A stretch of DNA of 64,000 nucleotides, taken from assembly GCA_024695235.1 (NCBI GenBank), contig JAILIP010000009.1:55647-119646 (forward strand), in the 5' to 3' direction. The notes below the pieces were generated by a model, which saw nothing but the letters and a program-made list of their open reading frames with translations, searched no databases and had not been told where the DNA came from. Origin of the DNA: Bacilli bacterium (GTDB lineage Bacteria > Bacillota_I > Bacilli_A > RFN20 > CAG-826). The translations under genes and the position numbers were made by a program. Shown in pieces: positions 9,440-19,609 of this stretch. The stretch's first letter is position 1. Each line of letters begins with the position of its first letter.

Positions 9440-10555
9440 TGAAAGAGCTACAAGAACTCAAATTAGCTTTAAACGAGTTAACTGAGCAAATCTATAGACT
9501 CGGTGACTCTCTTTGACCTTGCCTTCTTAAATGACAAAATTGAAAAACTAGAAAAAGAACAAAATCGTGATGACTTTTGGAACGATCAAAAAGCCGCATT
9601 AGCCATCATCGATGAATATAATGACGTTAAAGAAGAACGCGATACTTATCTCAAAATAGATAAGACTCACAAAGACATACAAGACCTCCTTTTAGCGTGC
9701 ACAAACGAAGATGAAGACACCAAAAATTTCATTGATGAAATGATTGATGATCTTGCTAAAACAGTTAAGGTATTTAGACAACGTCTCCTTTTTAAAGGAG
9801 AATTTGATAAAAACGATGTCATTTTAGAAGTTCATAGTGGCGCAGGTGGAACCGAAGCTCAAGACTGGGCGGACATGCTTGCAAGAATGTACGTTAGATG
9901 GTGTGAAAGACATCATATGAAGTTCCAAGTTGTGGATTCTCAACCAGGAGAAGAAGCTGGAATTAAATCGATGGTTCTTTCAATCAAAGGAAAGAATGCC
10001 TATGGTCTTCTTAAAAGCGAAAAAGGTGTCCATCGTTTGGTGAGAATTTCTCCTTTTGACGCGAACAAAAGAAGACATACATCATTTGCCTCAATCAACA
10101 TTGTTCCTCAATTTGAAGGTGACACGACAATCAAGATTGAAGACAAAGATTTAAAAGTTGATACATATCGTAGCGGTGGAGCAGGTGGACAAAACGTCAA
10201 CAAAGTTGAAACCGCTGTTAGAATTACACACATTCCAACTGGAATTGTGGTCTCATGTCAAGTCGAAAGAAGCCAACTCTCTAACCGTGAAATGGCGATG
10301 AATATGCTTAAGAGCAAACTCTATCAACTCGAAATCGAAAAGAAAGAAAAAGCCCTCAAAAACATTGTTGGAGAGCAAAAGGATATTGAATGGGGGAGCC
10401 AAATCCGTTCATACGTCTTTTGCCCATATACAATGGTGAAAGATAATCGCACAAATTATTCTGAAAGTGATGTTGACGCTGTCATGGATGGAAATCTTGA
10501 TGGTTTCATATATGCATATCTTGATATGCTTGCTAGAAACAAAGAATTAAAATAA
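9439..10555 (+). CDS. prfB: Peptide chain release factor 2 (needs a programmed +1 frameshift)
   Basis: Frame 0 starts at ATG 9439 (TAATG overlap with the secA stop) and reads [25 protein letters not shown], ending at the in-frame TGA 9514-9516. The +1 frame continues from GAC 9515 as [13 protein letters not shown]... It has an SPF motif ([15 protein letters not shown]) and GGQ ([12 protein letters not shown]). Confidence 0.9.
9508..9517 (+). promoter_or_regulatory. prfB +1 ribosomal frameshift site (tCT CTT TGA C)
   Basis: The CUU UGA C slippery/stop context at 9511-9517 is identical to the conserved RF2 autoregulatory site. The upstream GGTGA (9502-9506) is only a weak SD-like stimulator. 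Confidence 0.85.
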
Positions 10556-12534
10556 TGCCAGAACATCTATTTAAAATTGAATCGAAATATAAGCCTACTG
10601 GTGATCAACCTCAAGCCATAAAAGAGCTTGTTGATGGCATCAATGAAGGCAAGAAATTTCAGGTTCTTTTAGGCGCGACTGGTACAGGAAAAACATTCAC
10701 TGTTTCAAACATCATTGAAAAGGTTCAAAAACCAACTCTTGTTATTGTTCACAATAAAACATTAGCAGGACAACTATACGAAGAATTCAAACAATTATTC
10801 CCACATAACCGTGTTGAATACTTTGTTTCAAACTTTGATTTTTATCAACCAGAAGCTTACCTTCCAAAGTCAGATACATACATCGATAAGTCTGCAGTTA
10901 TGAATGAAGAAATTGAGATGCTCAGAACGTCTGCAATTAATTCAATCTTAGAAAGAAGAGACACAATTATTGTGGCATCTGTTGCCTCAATTTATGGTTT
11001 GACTGACCCAGATGAATACCGTAATTTAGCGTTTGATATTCGTGTTGGAGAAGAGATTGATAGAAAGGAATTTTTCGCCAAACTTGTGGACGCTCAATAT
11101 CAAAGAAATAGCCTTGATTTAGGCCCTGGTTCTTTTAGAGTTAGAGGAGACGTAATTGAGGTTGCTCCTCCTCACACTGATGATTTTATCATCAGAATTG
11201 ACACTTTTGGCGATGAAATCGAAACAATTTCGGAAGTAAATAGACTCACTGGCGAAGTTAAAAATCAATATAAGACATATCCGTTTTTCCCAGCCTATGA
11301 TCACGCTTCAACAAGAGCAAGAATTAAACGTGCTGTAACCACAATTGAAGAAGAGTTAATTGATAGACTCAAATTCTTCAAAGATAATGGCAAGCTTCTT
11401 GAAGCTGAACGTCTTGAAATGAGAACAAGACAAGATATGGATTCGCTCCTTGAATTCGGAATGTGTCCAGGTATTGAAAACTACTCTCGTCATATTGATG
11501 GAAGAGCACCTGGAAGTAGACCATTCTCTTTGATTGATTATTTCCCAAAAGATTTCTTAATGATCATTGACGAATCTCACGTTACACTTCCTCAATTACA
11601 TGGAATGTATAATGGTGATCGTTCTCGTAAAGAGACACTCGTGGAATATGGTTTTAGATTACCAAGTGCTCTAGATAATAGACCACTTCGTTTTGAAGAA
11701 TTTGAAAAGCTTATTCCACAGGTAATTTTCACATCTGCTACACCTGGAGATTATGAACTTGAAAAAACTAATGGAGTTGTTTCTGAACAAATCATTCGTC
11801 CAACCGGTTTAGTGGATCCAGAGATCGAAGTTAGAAGATCATTAGGTCAAATTGATGACCTCATTTATGAGATTAAAAAGAGAATTGAAAGCAATGAAAG
11901 AGTTATGGTGGTAACCATCACTATTCGTATGGCAGAAGACCTCACGGCTTTCTTAAAAGAAAGAGGCATCAAAGTAGCCTATCTTCATAACGAGACAAAA
12001 ACACTTGAAAGAAGTGAGATTATTTATCAACTTCGCAAAGGCAAATATGATGTTTTAGTAGGCATTAATCTTTTAAGAGAAGGCTTGGATATTCCTGAGG
12101 TTTCTTTGATTGCAATTTTAGATGCTGACAAGGAAGGATTCTTACGTTCAACACGTTCACTCATTCAAATTATTGGTAGAGCAGCCCGTAACAAAAACGG
12201 AAAAGTTATCATGTATGCAGATAATATGACCGATTCAATGAAGGCTGCCATTGATGAAACAAATAGAAGACGTTCCATTCAACAAAAATACAATGATGAC
12301 AACGGAATTATCCCTGAAACAATCATCAAAGAAGTGCGTCCACCAATCAAAAATATTCAAACTGAAAAAGATAAGATGGATAAACTTTCTAAAGTATCTT
12401 CACGTAGTGAAATAGAAAAAGAAATCAAACGTCTTGAAAAAGAAATGAAAGCCGCTGCAAAAGAATATGACTTTGAACGTGCTGCTGAAATACGTGATGT
12501 CATTATTGAGTATCGAACTTCACTTAATAAATAA
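10555..12534 (+). CDS. uvrB: Excinuclease ABC subunit B
   Basis: 659 aa with GATGTGKT (Walker A), IIDESHVT and a C-terminal UVR motif ([11 protein letters not shown]). Confidence 0.97.
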   Translation: MPEHLFKIESKYKPTGDQPQAIKELVDGINEGKKFQVLLGATGTGKTFTVSNIIEKVQKPTLVIVHNKTLAGQLYEEFKQLFPHNRVEYFVSNFDFYQPEAYLPKSDTYIDKSAVMNEEIEMLRTSAINSILERRDTIIVASVASIYGLTDPDEYRNLAFDIRVGEEIDRKEFFAKLVDAQYQRNSLDLGPGSFRVRGDVIEVAPPHTDDFIIRIDTFGDEIETISEVNRLTGEVKNQYKTYPFFPAYDHASTRARIKRAVTTIEEELIDRLKFFKDNGKLLEAERLEMRTRQDMDSLLEFGMCPGIENYSRHIDGRAPGSRPFSLIDYFPKDFLMIIDESHVTLPQLHGMYNGDRSRKETLVEYGFRLPSALDNRPLRFEEFEKLIPQVIFTSATPGDYELEKTNGVVSEQIIRPTGLVDPEIEVRRSLGQIDDLIYEIKKRIESNERVMVVTITIRMAEDLTAFLKERGIKVAYLHNETKTLERSEIIYQLRKGKYDVLVGINLLREGLDIPEVSLIAILDADKEGFLRSTRSLIQIIGRAARNKNGKVIMYADNMTDSMKAAIDETNRRRSIQQKYNDDNGIIPETIIKEVRPPIKNIQTEKDKMDKLSKVSSRSEIEKEIKRLEKEMKAAAKEYDFERAAEIRDVIIEYRTSLNK

Positions 12535-12598
12535 AGCGTTTGCTTTATGAATTAGTTTGTGCAATTATATTAAAGCAACTTGAAAGGAGGAAACAAAA

Positions 12599-12829
12599 AT
12601 GAAATGGTATGATGTTATCTTATTAATCGTCTCACTCATCATCATTGTTTTATCCTTGCTTCAAGGTGGTAAATCAGAAGGTGCCTCCGGTGCTATTACT
12701 GGTGGTGGAATGAACATCTTTGTTAAAACAAAAGAAAGAGGTTCAGAAAAAATCATTACATGGTTAACCTTCTCATTTGTTGTTGTATTCATGTTCTTCG
12801 CTATCTTCATTAGCGTATATCGTGGATAA
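12599..12829 (+). CDS. secG: Preprotein translocase subunit SecG
   Basis: 76 aa with two TM segments flanking a Gly-rich loop (GGKSEGASGAITGGG). A strong SD (AAGGAGG) lies upstream. Confidence 0.8.
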   Translation: MKWYDVILLIVSLIIIVLSLLQGGKSEGASGAITGGGMNIFVKTKERGSEKIITWLTFSFVVVFMFFAIFISVYRG

Positions 12830-12840
12830 GACAAACTAAG

Positions 12841-12864
12841 TACCGCATCAGGCGGTATTTTTTT
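12841..12864 (+). terminator. Intrinsic terminator after secG
   Basis: Stem TACCGC/GCGGTA with loop ATCAG, then T7. Confidence 0.75.
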
Positions 12865-12913
12865 ATGTTTGTCACATTTATAATGTGATACAATAGTTCG
12901 CGAGGTAGTTATT

Positions 12914-14143
12914 ATGAAAAAATCTGTATTAAAGAAATATGCAAAACTCATCGTTAGAGTAGGCGGCAATGTCCAAAAGGGACAAGATGTCGAATTATTA
13001 ATTGGAGTAGAGCAAGAATTACTCGCTACATACATTGTTGAAGAATGCTATAAAGTAGGCGCCCGCAAAGTCAATGTTCGTTGGCAAAGTGATAAGACTG
13101 CTAAAGTTGCCTATAAGAAAGCAACTGTTAAAGCTCTTTCAACTATGGAAAATTATGAGATTGAAAGACAAAGATATCTTTCAGAAAAGCTTCCAGTCAT
13201 GATTTACATCGAAAGTTCTGATCCAGACGCTATGAAAGGTGTCAATCAAGCCAAGATTGCTAAAGTCAGCCAAAACGTATATCCAATCATCAAGCCATTC
13301 CGCAAGATGAGAGAAAATAAATATCAATGGATTATTGCAGGTGCTGCATCACCTGAATGGGCTAAGAAAGTTTTCCCGGATCTTCCTAAAAAGAAAGCTG
13401 TTGAAGCTTTATGGGATGCAATCATTAAAACATCCAGATGTGACAACGATGATCCGATCAAAGCCTGGAAAGAACACAATGATGATTTAAAGAAGAGAAC
13501 TACAAAGTTAAATTCTTTGAATTTAGATTATCTCCATTACACATCTAAAAATGGTACAGATTTCAAAGTATGGTTACTTCCAAATGTTAATTGGTTGGCA
13601 GGTGGAGAAGAAGCTCTTGGTTCAAATATTTTCTATAATCCAAATATTCCTAGTGAAGAAGCATTTACTTCTCCTTGCAAAGGAAAAGCAGAAGGTATTG
13701 TTTATTCTACAAAACCACTTTCCTATATGGGTGAACTCATTGAAGACTTCTCAGTGAGATTTGAAAATGGCAAAGCAGTAGAGGTTAAAGCTAAAAAAGG
13801 TGAAGAACTTCTAAAACAAATGATTAAAATGGATGAAAATGCATGTTACTTAGGTGAATGTGCTCTTGTTCCATTTGATTCACCAATCAACAACACAGGT
13901 ATTCTTTTCTTCAATACTTTGTATGATGAAAACGCAGCCTGCCACTTAGCTCTTGGAAGAGGATTTACTAACTTAGTCAAAGACTATCATAAGTACACAG
14001 AAGAAGAACTCATCAAGATGGGTATCAATGATTCTCAAATTCACGTTGATTTTATGATCGGTTCAAAAGATTTATCAATTGTTGGATACACTCGTGATGG
14101 TAAAAAAGTCCAAATCTTTAAAGATGGAAACTGGGCATTTTAA
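12914..14143 (+). CDS. M29-family aminopeptidase (AmpS/PepS-like)
   Basis: 409 aa. The N-terminus, LKKYAKLIVRVGGNVQKGQDV...GARKVNVRWQSD, and the overall length match thermophilic-metalloprotease M29 aminopeptidases as recalled. Confidence 0.75.
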   Translation: MKKSVLKKYAKLIVRVGGNVQKGQDVELLIGVEQELLATYIVEECYKVGARKVNVRWQSDKTAKVAYKKATVKALSTMENYEIERQRYLSEKLPVMIYIESSDPDAMKGVNQAKIAKVSQNVYPIIKPFRKMRENKYQWIIAGAASPEWAKKVFPDLPKKKAVEALWDAIIKTSRCDNDDPIKAWKEHNDDLKKRTTKLNSLNLDYLHYTSKNGTDFKVWLLPNVNWLAGGEEALGSNIFYNPNIPSEEAFTSPCKGKAEGIVYSTKPLSYMGELIEDFSVRFENGKAVEVKAKKGEELLKQMIKMDENACYLGECALVPFDSPINNTGILFFNTLYDENAACHLALGRGFTNLVKDYHKYTEEELIKMGINDSQIHVDFMIGSKDLSIVGYTRDGKKVQIFKDGNWAF

Positions 14144-14160
14144 TTAAAAGAGGTAGAATT

Positions 14161-15060
14161 ATGCAATTAGTTATTTTGGCAGCAGGAATGGGAAGCCGCT
14201 TCGGTGGGCTTAAACAAATGGAGCCAATGGATGAAGCTGGTAACTTCCTATTAGATTATTCAGTATATGATGCTAAACAAGCAGGTTTTGATTCTGTTGT
14301 GTTCATCATCAAAAAAGATTTCTTTAAAGAATTCAAAGACAGTATTGGTAAAAGAGTTGAGAAACTCATTAAAGTCGATTATGCTTTCCAAGACTTAAAC
14401 GATTTACCAGCTGGATTTAAGTGTCCAGAAGGTAGGGAAAAACCTTGGGGTACCGCTCATGCGATATACGCGGCACGTGAATTCATCAAAGAAGATTTCA
14501 TTATCATTAACGGTGATGACTTCTATGGAAGAGATGCTTTCATGGTTGCTGCTAAATATATCAAATCATTACCAGCTAATTCCAAAGGAAAATACGCCAA
14601 TGTTGCCTTCAAAGTTTGTAACACAATGACTGAAAATGGTTCTGTTAAACGCGGCGTTTGCTTTGAAAAAGACGGCATGTTATCTCGTTTGGTTGAATCA
14701 TCAATTCAAAGAGATAAAGACGGCAAGATTATTTGTTCACCACTTGATGGAAGTGCTTCATTTGAAGTTAAAGAAGATCAACCTGTCTCAATGAACCTAT
14801 TTGTCTTCAACAAAGACTTGATGGATAAGTTAGAAGAAAGATTCCCAGCCTGGTTAAAAGATAATATTGGCGATCTTAAAGCCGAATTCCTTATTCCAAC
14901 AGTTGTAGATGAACTTGTCCACGAAGGAAAAGCCACACTTAAATTATTATCAACATCATCAGTCTGGTTCGGTGTCACATATCGTGAAGATAAACCAGGT
15001 GTTGTTAAAGCCTTAAAAGCCTTAGTTGATAAAGGCGAATACAAAGAAGGTTTGTATTAA
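14161..15060 (+). CDS. Sugar-phosphate nucleotidyltransferase family protein
   Basis: It has the N-terminal NTP_transferase signature VILAAGMGSRFGG.K, with ...WGTAHA and INGDDFY. Confidence 0.65.
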   Translation: MQLVILAAGMGSRFGGLKQMEPMDEAGNFLLDYSVYDAKQAGFDSVVFIIKKDFFKEFKDSIGKRVEKLIKVDYAFQDLNDLPAGFKCPEGREKPWGTAHAIYAAREFIKEDFIIINGDDFYGRDAFMVAAKYIKSLPANSKGKYANVAFKVCNTMTENGSVKRGVCFEKDGMLSRLVESSIQRDKDGKIICSPLDGSASFEVKEDQPVSMNLFVFNKDLMDKLEERFPAWLKDNIGDLKAEFLIPTVVDELVHEGKATLKLLSTSSVWFGVTYREDKPGVVKALKALVDKGEYKEGLY

Positions 15061-15063
15061 TAC

Positions 15064-15092
15064 AAAAAACGGATCATCGCGATCCGTTTTTA
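15064..15092. terminator. Bidirectional terminator between convergent genes
   Basis: AAAAAACGGATC-atcgc-GATCCGTTTTT: a hairpin flanked by an A-run and a T-run, between the ends of 14161..15060 (+) and 15099..16775 (-). Confidence 0.8.
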
Positions 15093-15098
15093 ATTTGC

Positions 15099-16775
15099 TT
15101 AGAAGAAGTTTTCACCCCACCAGAAGTCAAACCAATCATCCCAATCATCTGGTGCGTCATGGTAATGATCTTCATGTGGTCTATCATGGTGATACTCACC
15201 ATCTTTAGCGTGATCAATTACTTCACCAAACATGAAGTTAATTTCTTGATTGAACATGTGGAAGAATTCGCTTAATACATCAGCGTAATATTCAATTGTT
15301 CTAATAACTTCATCATATTCATCTATGTTATTTTCATCATTTATAATAAATGAAACCTTTCTTAATGAGGCTGCAAATTCTTTATAGTCTTCAATTGTTA
15401 ATTCCATGCCTCCTTCAGGACCTTCTGGGCCTGGACGAGTGAAACTACGATGATGTGGATGGTCATGACCATAGTCATCCCACCAATCCCATCTATCATC
15501 TTCAAGAGGTGGAAGCTTATCTGGCTTGTGTTGATGGAACTTCTCATTGAAGATTTTGGCTAATTCTTCGTATTTAATTGATAAGCTTTCATATAGTGAA
15601 ACAATATCATCTATAGCTTCTTGATATTCAACACAATCTTGAAGATCCTCAAGGAACATTTCTTTCATTTCTGCATCAGAAATCATTTCATCGATGAATC
15701 TAAGATATTCAAGGTAATCTTGCATTTCTTCTTTAGAAGCATCTTTGTATTTCTCGAGCCAATCTTCATAGTTTGTGGAGAAACAAAGAACTTTAACAGT
15801 CTTACCTTCTTTTGTGACAAATAAACGAGTGACATATTCATAAATTGTTCTAATAAGAATTTCTAATTCACTATCAATTTCAATGCTTTGTTCACTTTCA
15901 GAAATAGTAACTTCGTATTTAGCGATAACTCTATTGGCCTTAATGAATTCTTTAATCACGTTTTCTAATTCTGCTTTAGCAACATCGAAATATTCTTTGT
16001 CATTTTTATCAAATGTGAAGTTGATCGAAATGACATTTTCTTTAGAAGGATTTTGTCTTTCAATGTATCCGAGATTCAAAGCAGTAGATAAATATGTGCT
16101 TGTGAAATCTTTGATTGAGTAAGAAGAAGTGATTGCTCTTTTCACTCCAAAGTTAGAGATGATGTCATTTGATTCATCGTTAAGTGAAACGATTGAATTG
16201 TTATCAACATATCCATCATTTTTAACAGCATAGAAAACAGAAGGATTGAATGATTCACTTGCGGATTTAACATTCATTGAAATTGCGCTGCTAGAAGATA
16301 ATGTCGGAGTAGTACTTTCACTTGGCTCATCATCAATTTTGATTACCTTTTTGTTTCTTGAAAGTAATACTGTGGTGGTAGCAACAGCAGCCACTAAAGT
16401 AGTGGTGATTATTCCAAAAGGAATAGGTCTAAACAATTTGGTAAAGAAAGAAGGCTTTGGCTCTTCTTTGTCGATACCTTGGAAAACACCACTTTTTACA
16501 TTTGGAACAAAATCATTTCCTTCTTCTTTGATGTGGTCTTTTGCATAAACATCTTCACGTGGAGCGTTTGGTTCAACACCAATCATGGCATAGATGCGTT
16601 CGATTTTGTTTGGGGTGAACTTATTACCTTCGTTTTGAATCTTTTCTTCAACAGCTTTTGTTTCTGTCTTTTCAATATATGAAATGCCTAAAGATTCATA
16701 GATTTTGTCTATGTCGTTTTTGACGAAATTCTTGCTTTCGTTATTTAGAATATTCTGCAAGTTTTTTCTGCGCAT
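15099..16775 (-). CDS. Single-pass membrane protein, putative anti-sigma factor with His/Asp/Trp-rich extracytoplasmic motifs
   Basis: Its ATG (16775) overlaps the sigma gene end by 35 nt and is preceded by AAAGGGA. It has one TM segment (FGIITTTLVAAVATTTVLL), no recognisable catalytic domain, and H/D/W-rich segments at approximately 15444-15512 and 15102-15240. Confidence 0.5.
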   Translation of the reverse strand: MRRKNLQNILNNESKNFVKNDIDKIYESLGISYIEKTETKAVEEKIQNEGNKFTPNKIERIYAMIGVEPNAPREDVYAKDHIKEEGNDFVPNVKSGVFQGIDKEEPKPSFFTKLFRPIPFGIITTTLVAAVATTTVLLSRNKKVIKIDDEPSESTTPTLSSSSAISMNVKSASESFNPSVFYAVKNDGYVDNNSIVSLNDESNDIISNFGVKRAITSSYSIKDFTSTYLSTALNLGYIERQNPSKENVISINFTFDKNDKEYFDVAKAELENVIKEFIKANRVIAKYEVTISESEQSIEIDSELEILIRTIYEYVTRLFVTKEGKTVKVLCFSTNYEDWLEKYKDASKEEMQDYLEYLRFIDEMISDAEMKEMFLEDLQDCVEYQEAIDDIVSLYESLSIKYEELAKIFNEKFHQHKPDKLPPLEDDRWDWWDDYGHDHPHHRSFTRPGPEGPEGGMELTIEDYKEFAASLRKVSFIINDENNIDEYDEVIRTIEYYADVLSEFFHMFNQEINFMFGEVIDHAKDGEYHHDRPHEDHYHDAPDDWDDWFDFWWGENFF

Positions 16776-17307
16776 CCGATTCCCTTTTCTCTAGTTCTTT
16801 TCTAAGTTTTTCTAGGGCTACTTTATATTTCCAGGTAACGGTTCCAATCGGTAAGTTGAGAAGTTCTGCGATTTCACGATGTTTGTATTCACCAACGGTG
16901 AACATGATGAGAATCTTGAATTCGCTTTCAGTGAGAATCTCACTAGCGAGCCTGATTGTTGGAGTGTCAACACTTTGATCGATTGAATATAGTCCGTCTG
17001 GAACTACTTGATCTTCATCATAATCAAAGCCAACGATTTTCTTGCGCTTGTTGAACTCGTTAATAGCAAGGTTTTTCGCAATGGTTAAGATCCAGTTACG
17101 AACATTTGTTCCTTCTTGATAGTAGCTAGCTTTCTCATATAAAGCGATATATGTTTGTTGCATAACATCTTCTGCGGTAGCGTAGTCTTTAACTATCGGT
17201 AAGACAAATGTAAAAACCCCTTTGCTTGTCAGATTGTAAATCGTGGCAAGGCTATTAGTGTCGCCATTTTTTAGTGCGATTAAGGCTTTTTCAAGTTTCT
17301 CTTTCAT
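16741..17307 (-). CDS. ECF-type sigma-70 family sigma factor
   Basis: 188 aa with region 2 (DVMQQTYIALYEK...NWILTIAKN) and a region 4 HTH (EYKHREIAELLNLPIGTVTWKY). Confidence 0.85.
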   Translation of the reverse strand: MKEKLEKALIALKNGDTNSLATIYNLTSKGVFTFVLPIVKDYATAEDVMQQTYIALYEKASYYQEGTNVRNWILTIAKNLAINEFNKRKKIVGFDYDEDQVVPDGLYSIDQSVDTPTIRLASEILTESEFKILIMFTVGEYKHREIAELLNLPIGTVTWKYKVALEKLRKELEKRESDAQKKLAEYSK

Positions 17308-17335
17308 ACCTTTATATTATAAAGTATTTGCTTCA

Positions 17336-17373
17336 CAAAAGTGACGCGAATTATGTGTGGGTGTGTGCGTCAC
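17336..17373 (-). terminator. Possible terminator after the polymerase/YolD-like operon
   Basis: On the minus strand, GTGACGC-(19 nt GT/AC-rich loop)-GCGTCAC is followed by TTTT. The long loop lowers confidence. Confidence 0.4.
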
Positions 17374-17407
17374 CTATGGGAGTTATGAAAAACTCTACTA
17401 TATTAAC

Positions 17408-17743
17408 TTAAGCAAAATCAAAATTATTGGAAAAATACTCGCAGTCGATATCGATGATTTCATTAAGAGGTATTTCACCTTCATCTAAAACGAGATTTCT
17501 TTGATATTTATTTATATATTTGATGGTCGTTTTTATTTTATAAATGTAGCCATCATAGAAATATGTGATGGTGATTTCTTCACCTTTATAATTTGAAAGA
17601 ATCACATTAATTTTTTCTGCTCTTTCGTTGGAGATTTTTGGCTTTTCGATTTTATTTTTTTCAAAACGCATCTTCTCTAAACAGGTGGATTGCTCAATTA
17701 AAGATGAGAATGGTGCCCATTTTTTCATGCCGCGATCGCTCAT
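17408..17743 (-). CDS. YolD-like protein
   Basis: 111 aa with the N-terminal motif DRGMKKWAPFSSL typical of YolD/YqjX, encoded directly downstream of a Y-family polymerase. Confidence 0.75.
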   Translation of the reverse strand: MSDRGMKKWAPFSSLIEQSTCLEKMRFEKNKIEKPKISNERAEKINVILSNYKGEEITITYFYDGYIYKIKTTIKYINKYQRNLVLDEGEIPLNEIIDIDCEYFSNNFDFA

Positions 17744-18984
17744 CTTCTATGTCCTCCTATTTGATTATGTCTTTCTTTAGCAGTGCTCTTCTTTAATAGT
17801 GAAGAACCGCGAAGCACGCTATTTTGACCATATTTATTTTTGACTTCATCCATTACTTTTTGCAAAGCCTTTCTCTCGGCGGATGTTTTTTCATCTTCGA
17901 ACAAAGAAAGTTGGTCATATTTTGAGGAAGAAAGTTTTCCATACGAAATACTTATTCCGCGAGTGAGGCTCTTTCCAATATGTTGCCTAAACAAAAGAAG
18001 TAGTTCGTTATATAAAACCTCTGTGTCATCAGTTGGATAGTCTAGTTTGCTTTGATGAGCAAATCCTCCTGGATGATCATAATCATATCTAATCATTAGA
18101 CCAACGACTGAAGTTTTTTGACCATGACTTCTTAGACGTGATGATAAATCATCATTCATCTCTTGAATCAGCATTTCAGCTTCTTTTGGTGTGTAGTCTT
18201 CATGAAGCACTTGTCCAAGCGTAAAACTATTCTCTTGAGGAGTGTATTTATCACGAATATTTGTGTTATCAATTCCGTTAGCGTGTTCCCAAAGCTGTTC
18301 ACCCATAATTCCAAATTTCTCTTTTAAAAGAGTCTTAGGTGTTTGAGCAAGTTGACCCACAGTAAAAACACCTAGATTGTTTAATTTTTGTTCGTATCCA
18401 CGAGATATTCCCCACATCTTTGATAGAGGAGCTACTGGCCATAACTTAGTTGGAATATCTTCTTTTTTCCATTCAGAAATAAATGGTGGTTTTTTCTTAC
18501 CATCTAAATCTAAAGCAAGCTTCGCCATAAGCATGTTTTCACCAATACCAGCGGTGGCAACAAGCTTAGTTCTATCATAGATAGTTTTTTGGATTTTTCT
18601 TACAAGTTGTCTAGAGGTAAGTTTGCACGAATCCAAGTATGGACCAAGATTCACGAACATCTCATCAATTGAATAGACATGGATATCATCTTCTCCGACA
18701 AATTCCATGACAATTGAGACAATCTCAGCTGATTTTTCAACATACATTTCCATCCTCGGGGTGGCAAACACCATATCTTTGAGATTTGGTAACTCTCTTT
18801 TTCTGCATCTAGAAGGGACACCCATTTCTTTTAGAAAAGGTGATACAGAAAGAACAATCGTTCCTTCTCCTCTTGATGGATCTACAACTGCTAAAGGAGT
18901 GGTGAAAGGATTCAAACCACGATCAACACATTCTACGAACGAATAGAATGCTTTCATATCAATTACAGCAATAGATTTTTTCAT
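17740..18984 (-). CDS. Y-family translesion DNA polymerase (UmuC/UvrX-like)
   Basis: 414 aa with IAVIDMKAFYSFVECVDR... and SIDEMF motifs of the ImpB/MucB/SamB family. Confidence 0.85.
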   Translation of the reverse strand: MKKSIAVIDMKAFYSFVECVDRGLNPFTTPLAVVDPSRGEGTIVLSVSPFLKEMGVPSRCRKRELPNLKDMVFATPRMEMYVEKSAEIVSIVMEFVGEDDIHVYSIDEMFVNLGPYLDSCKLTSRQLVRKIQKTIYDRTKLVATAGIGENMLMAKLALDLDGKKKPPFISEWKKEDIPTKLWPVAPLSKMWGISRGYEQKLNNLGVFTVGQLAQTPKTLLKEKFGIMGEQLWEHANGIDNTNIRDKYTPQENSFTLGQVLHEDYTPKEAEMLIQEMNDDLSSRLRSHGQKTSVVGLMIRYDYDHPGGFAHQSKLDYPTDDTEVLYNELLLLFRQHIGKSLTRGISISYGKLSSSKYDQLSLFEDEKTSAERKALQKVMDEVKNKYGQNSVLRGSSLLKKSTAKERHNQIGGHRR

Positions 18985-19068
18985 GATTGATTTAATTTTA
19001 AAGTATCGAAGATGTATTTACATCTAAGAATTCATTTTTTGTTATTCGTATGATAGAATACATTTCAC

Positions 19069-19144
19069 GGGCCTATAGCTCAGCTGGGAGAGCGCCTCGT
19101 TCGCAACGAGGAGGTCGCCGGTTCAATCCCGGTTAGGTCCACCA
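19069..19144 (+). tRNA. tRNA-Ala (anticodon CGC), CCA encoded
   Basis: 76-nt cloverleaf. The acceptor is GGGCCTA/TAGGTCC with the G3:U70 alanine identity pair. D arm GCTC..GAGC, anticodon stem CCTCG/CGAGG with loop TTCGCAA, T arm GCCGG-TTCAATC-CCGGT, and a terminal ACCA. Confidence 0.9.
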
Positions 19145-19215
19145 TTTCTAAACAAGTGTCGTTGTCCAAAGTCACTTATTCAAAATTGGACAAAAAGACT
19201 TATCCAGCATAGTTT

Positions 19216-19240
19216 AGGCCTCTTCGGAGGTCTTTTCTTG
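19216..19240 (+). terminator. Terminator downstream of tRNA-Ala
   Basis: GGCCTC-TTCG-GAGGTC hairpin (UUCG tetraloop) followed by TTTTCTT. Confidence 0.6.
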
Positions 19241-19300
19241 TGTCTTGACTCTTTTTAAGTGCAAAATGCACTTTAAAGCATTTTATGATAATAATTTCCT

Positions 19301-19609
19301 ATGGAAAATAATTATACAAACCGCTACATATTGGAAACTGGCATTGGCCTTCAAGATGTCGATCATTTAAAGAATTCATCATATTTTCTTAGGGAATCCG
19401 AAAGATATTTAAAAGGCGAAATCTCGCTAGATGAATTAGACGACATCGTGGACTCCTATTACAAGAGCAAACCAGCCGTGGGAGATAGAAGCGAGGAAGC
19501 TGATAAAATCTCGATTAGAATAGCCAAAATAATCGGTGAAGATTATTTCACTTTTACCGTTGGGCAGCTACTTTCTATTCATCGAATTCTATTTGAAGGT
19601 ATTTCATAA
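19301..19609 (+). pseudogene. Truncated Fic/DOC-family gene (N-terminal fragment only)
   Basis: The 102-aa ORF ends at ...LLSIHRILFEGIS*, where a Fic core would begin, so the HPFxxGNGR motif is absent. Downstream, 19610-19890 contains only short out-of-frame remnants. Confidence 0.55.

Noticed and set aside
10555-12534. uvrB followed by secG instead of uvrA
   Set aside because: Separation of uvrB and uvrA occurs in many bacteria, and nothing here indicates loss or rearrangement.
12661-13035. 124-aa minus-strand ORF crossing the secG terminator and the aminopeptidase start
   Set aside because: It spans a rho-independent terminator and an intergenic promoter region, and it overlaps two well-supported plus-strand genes.
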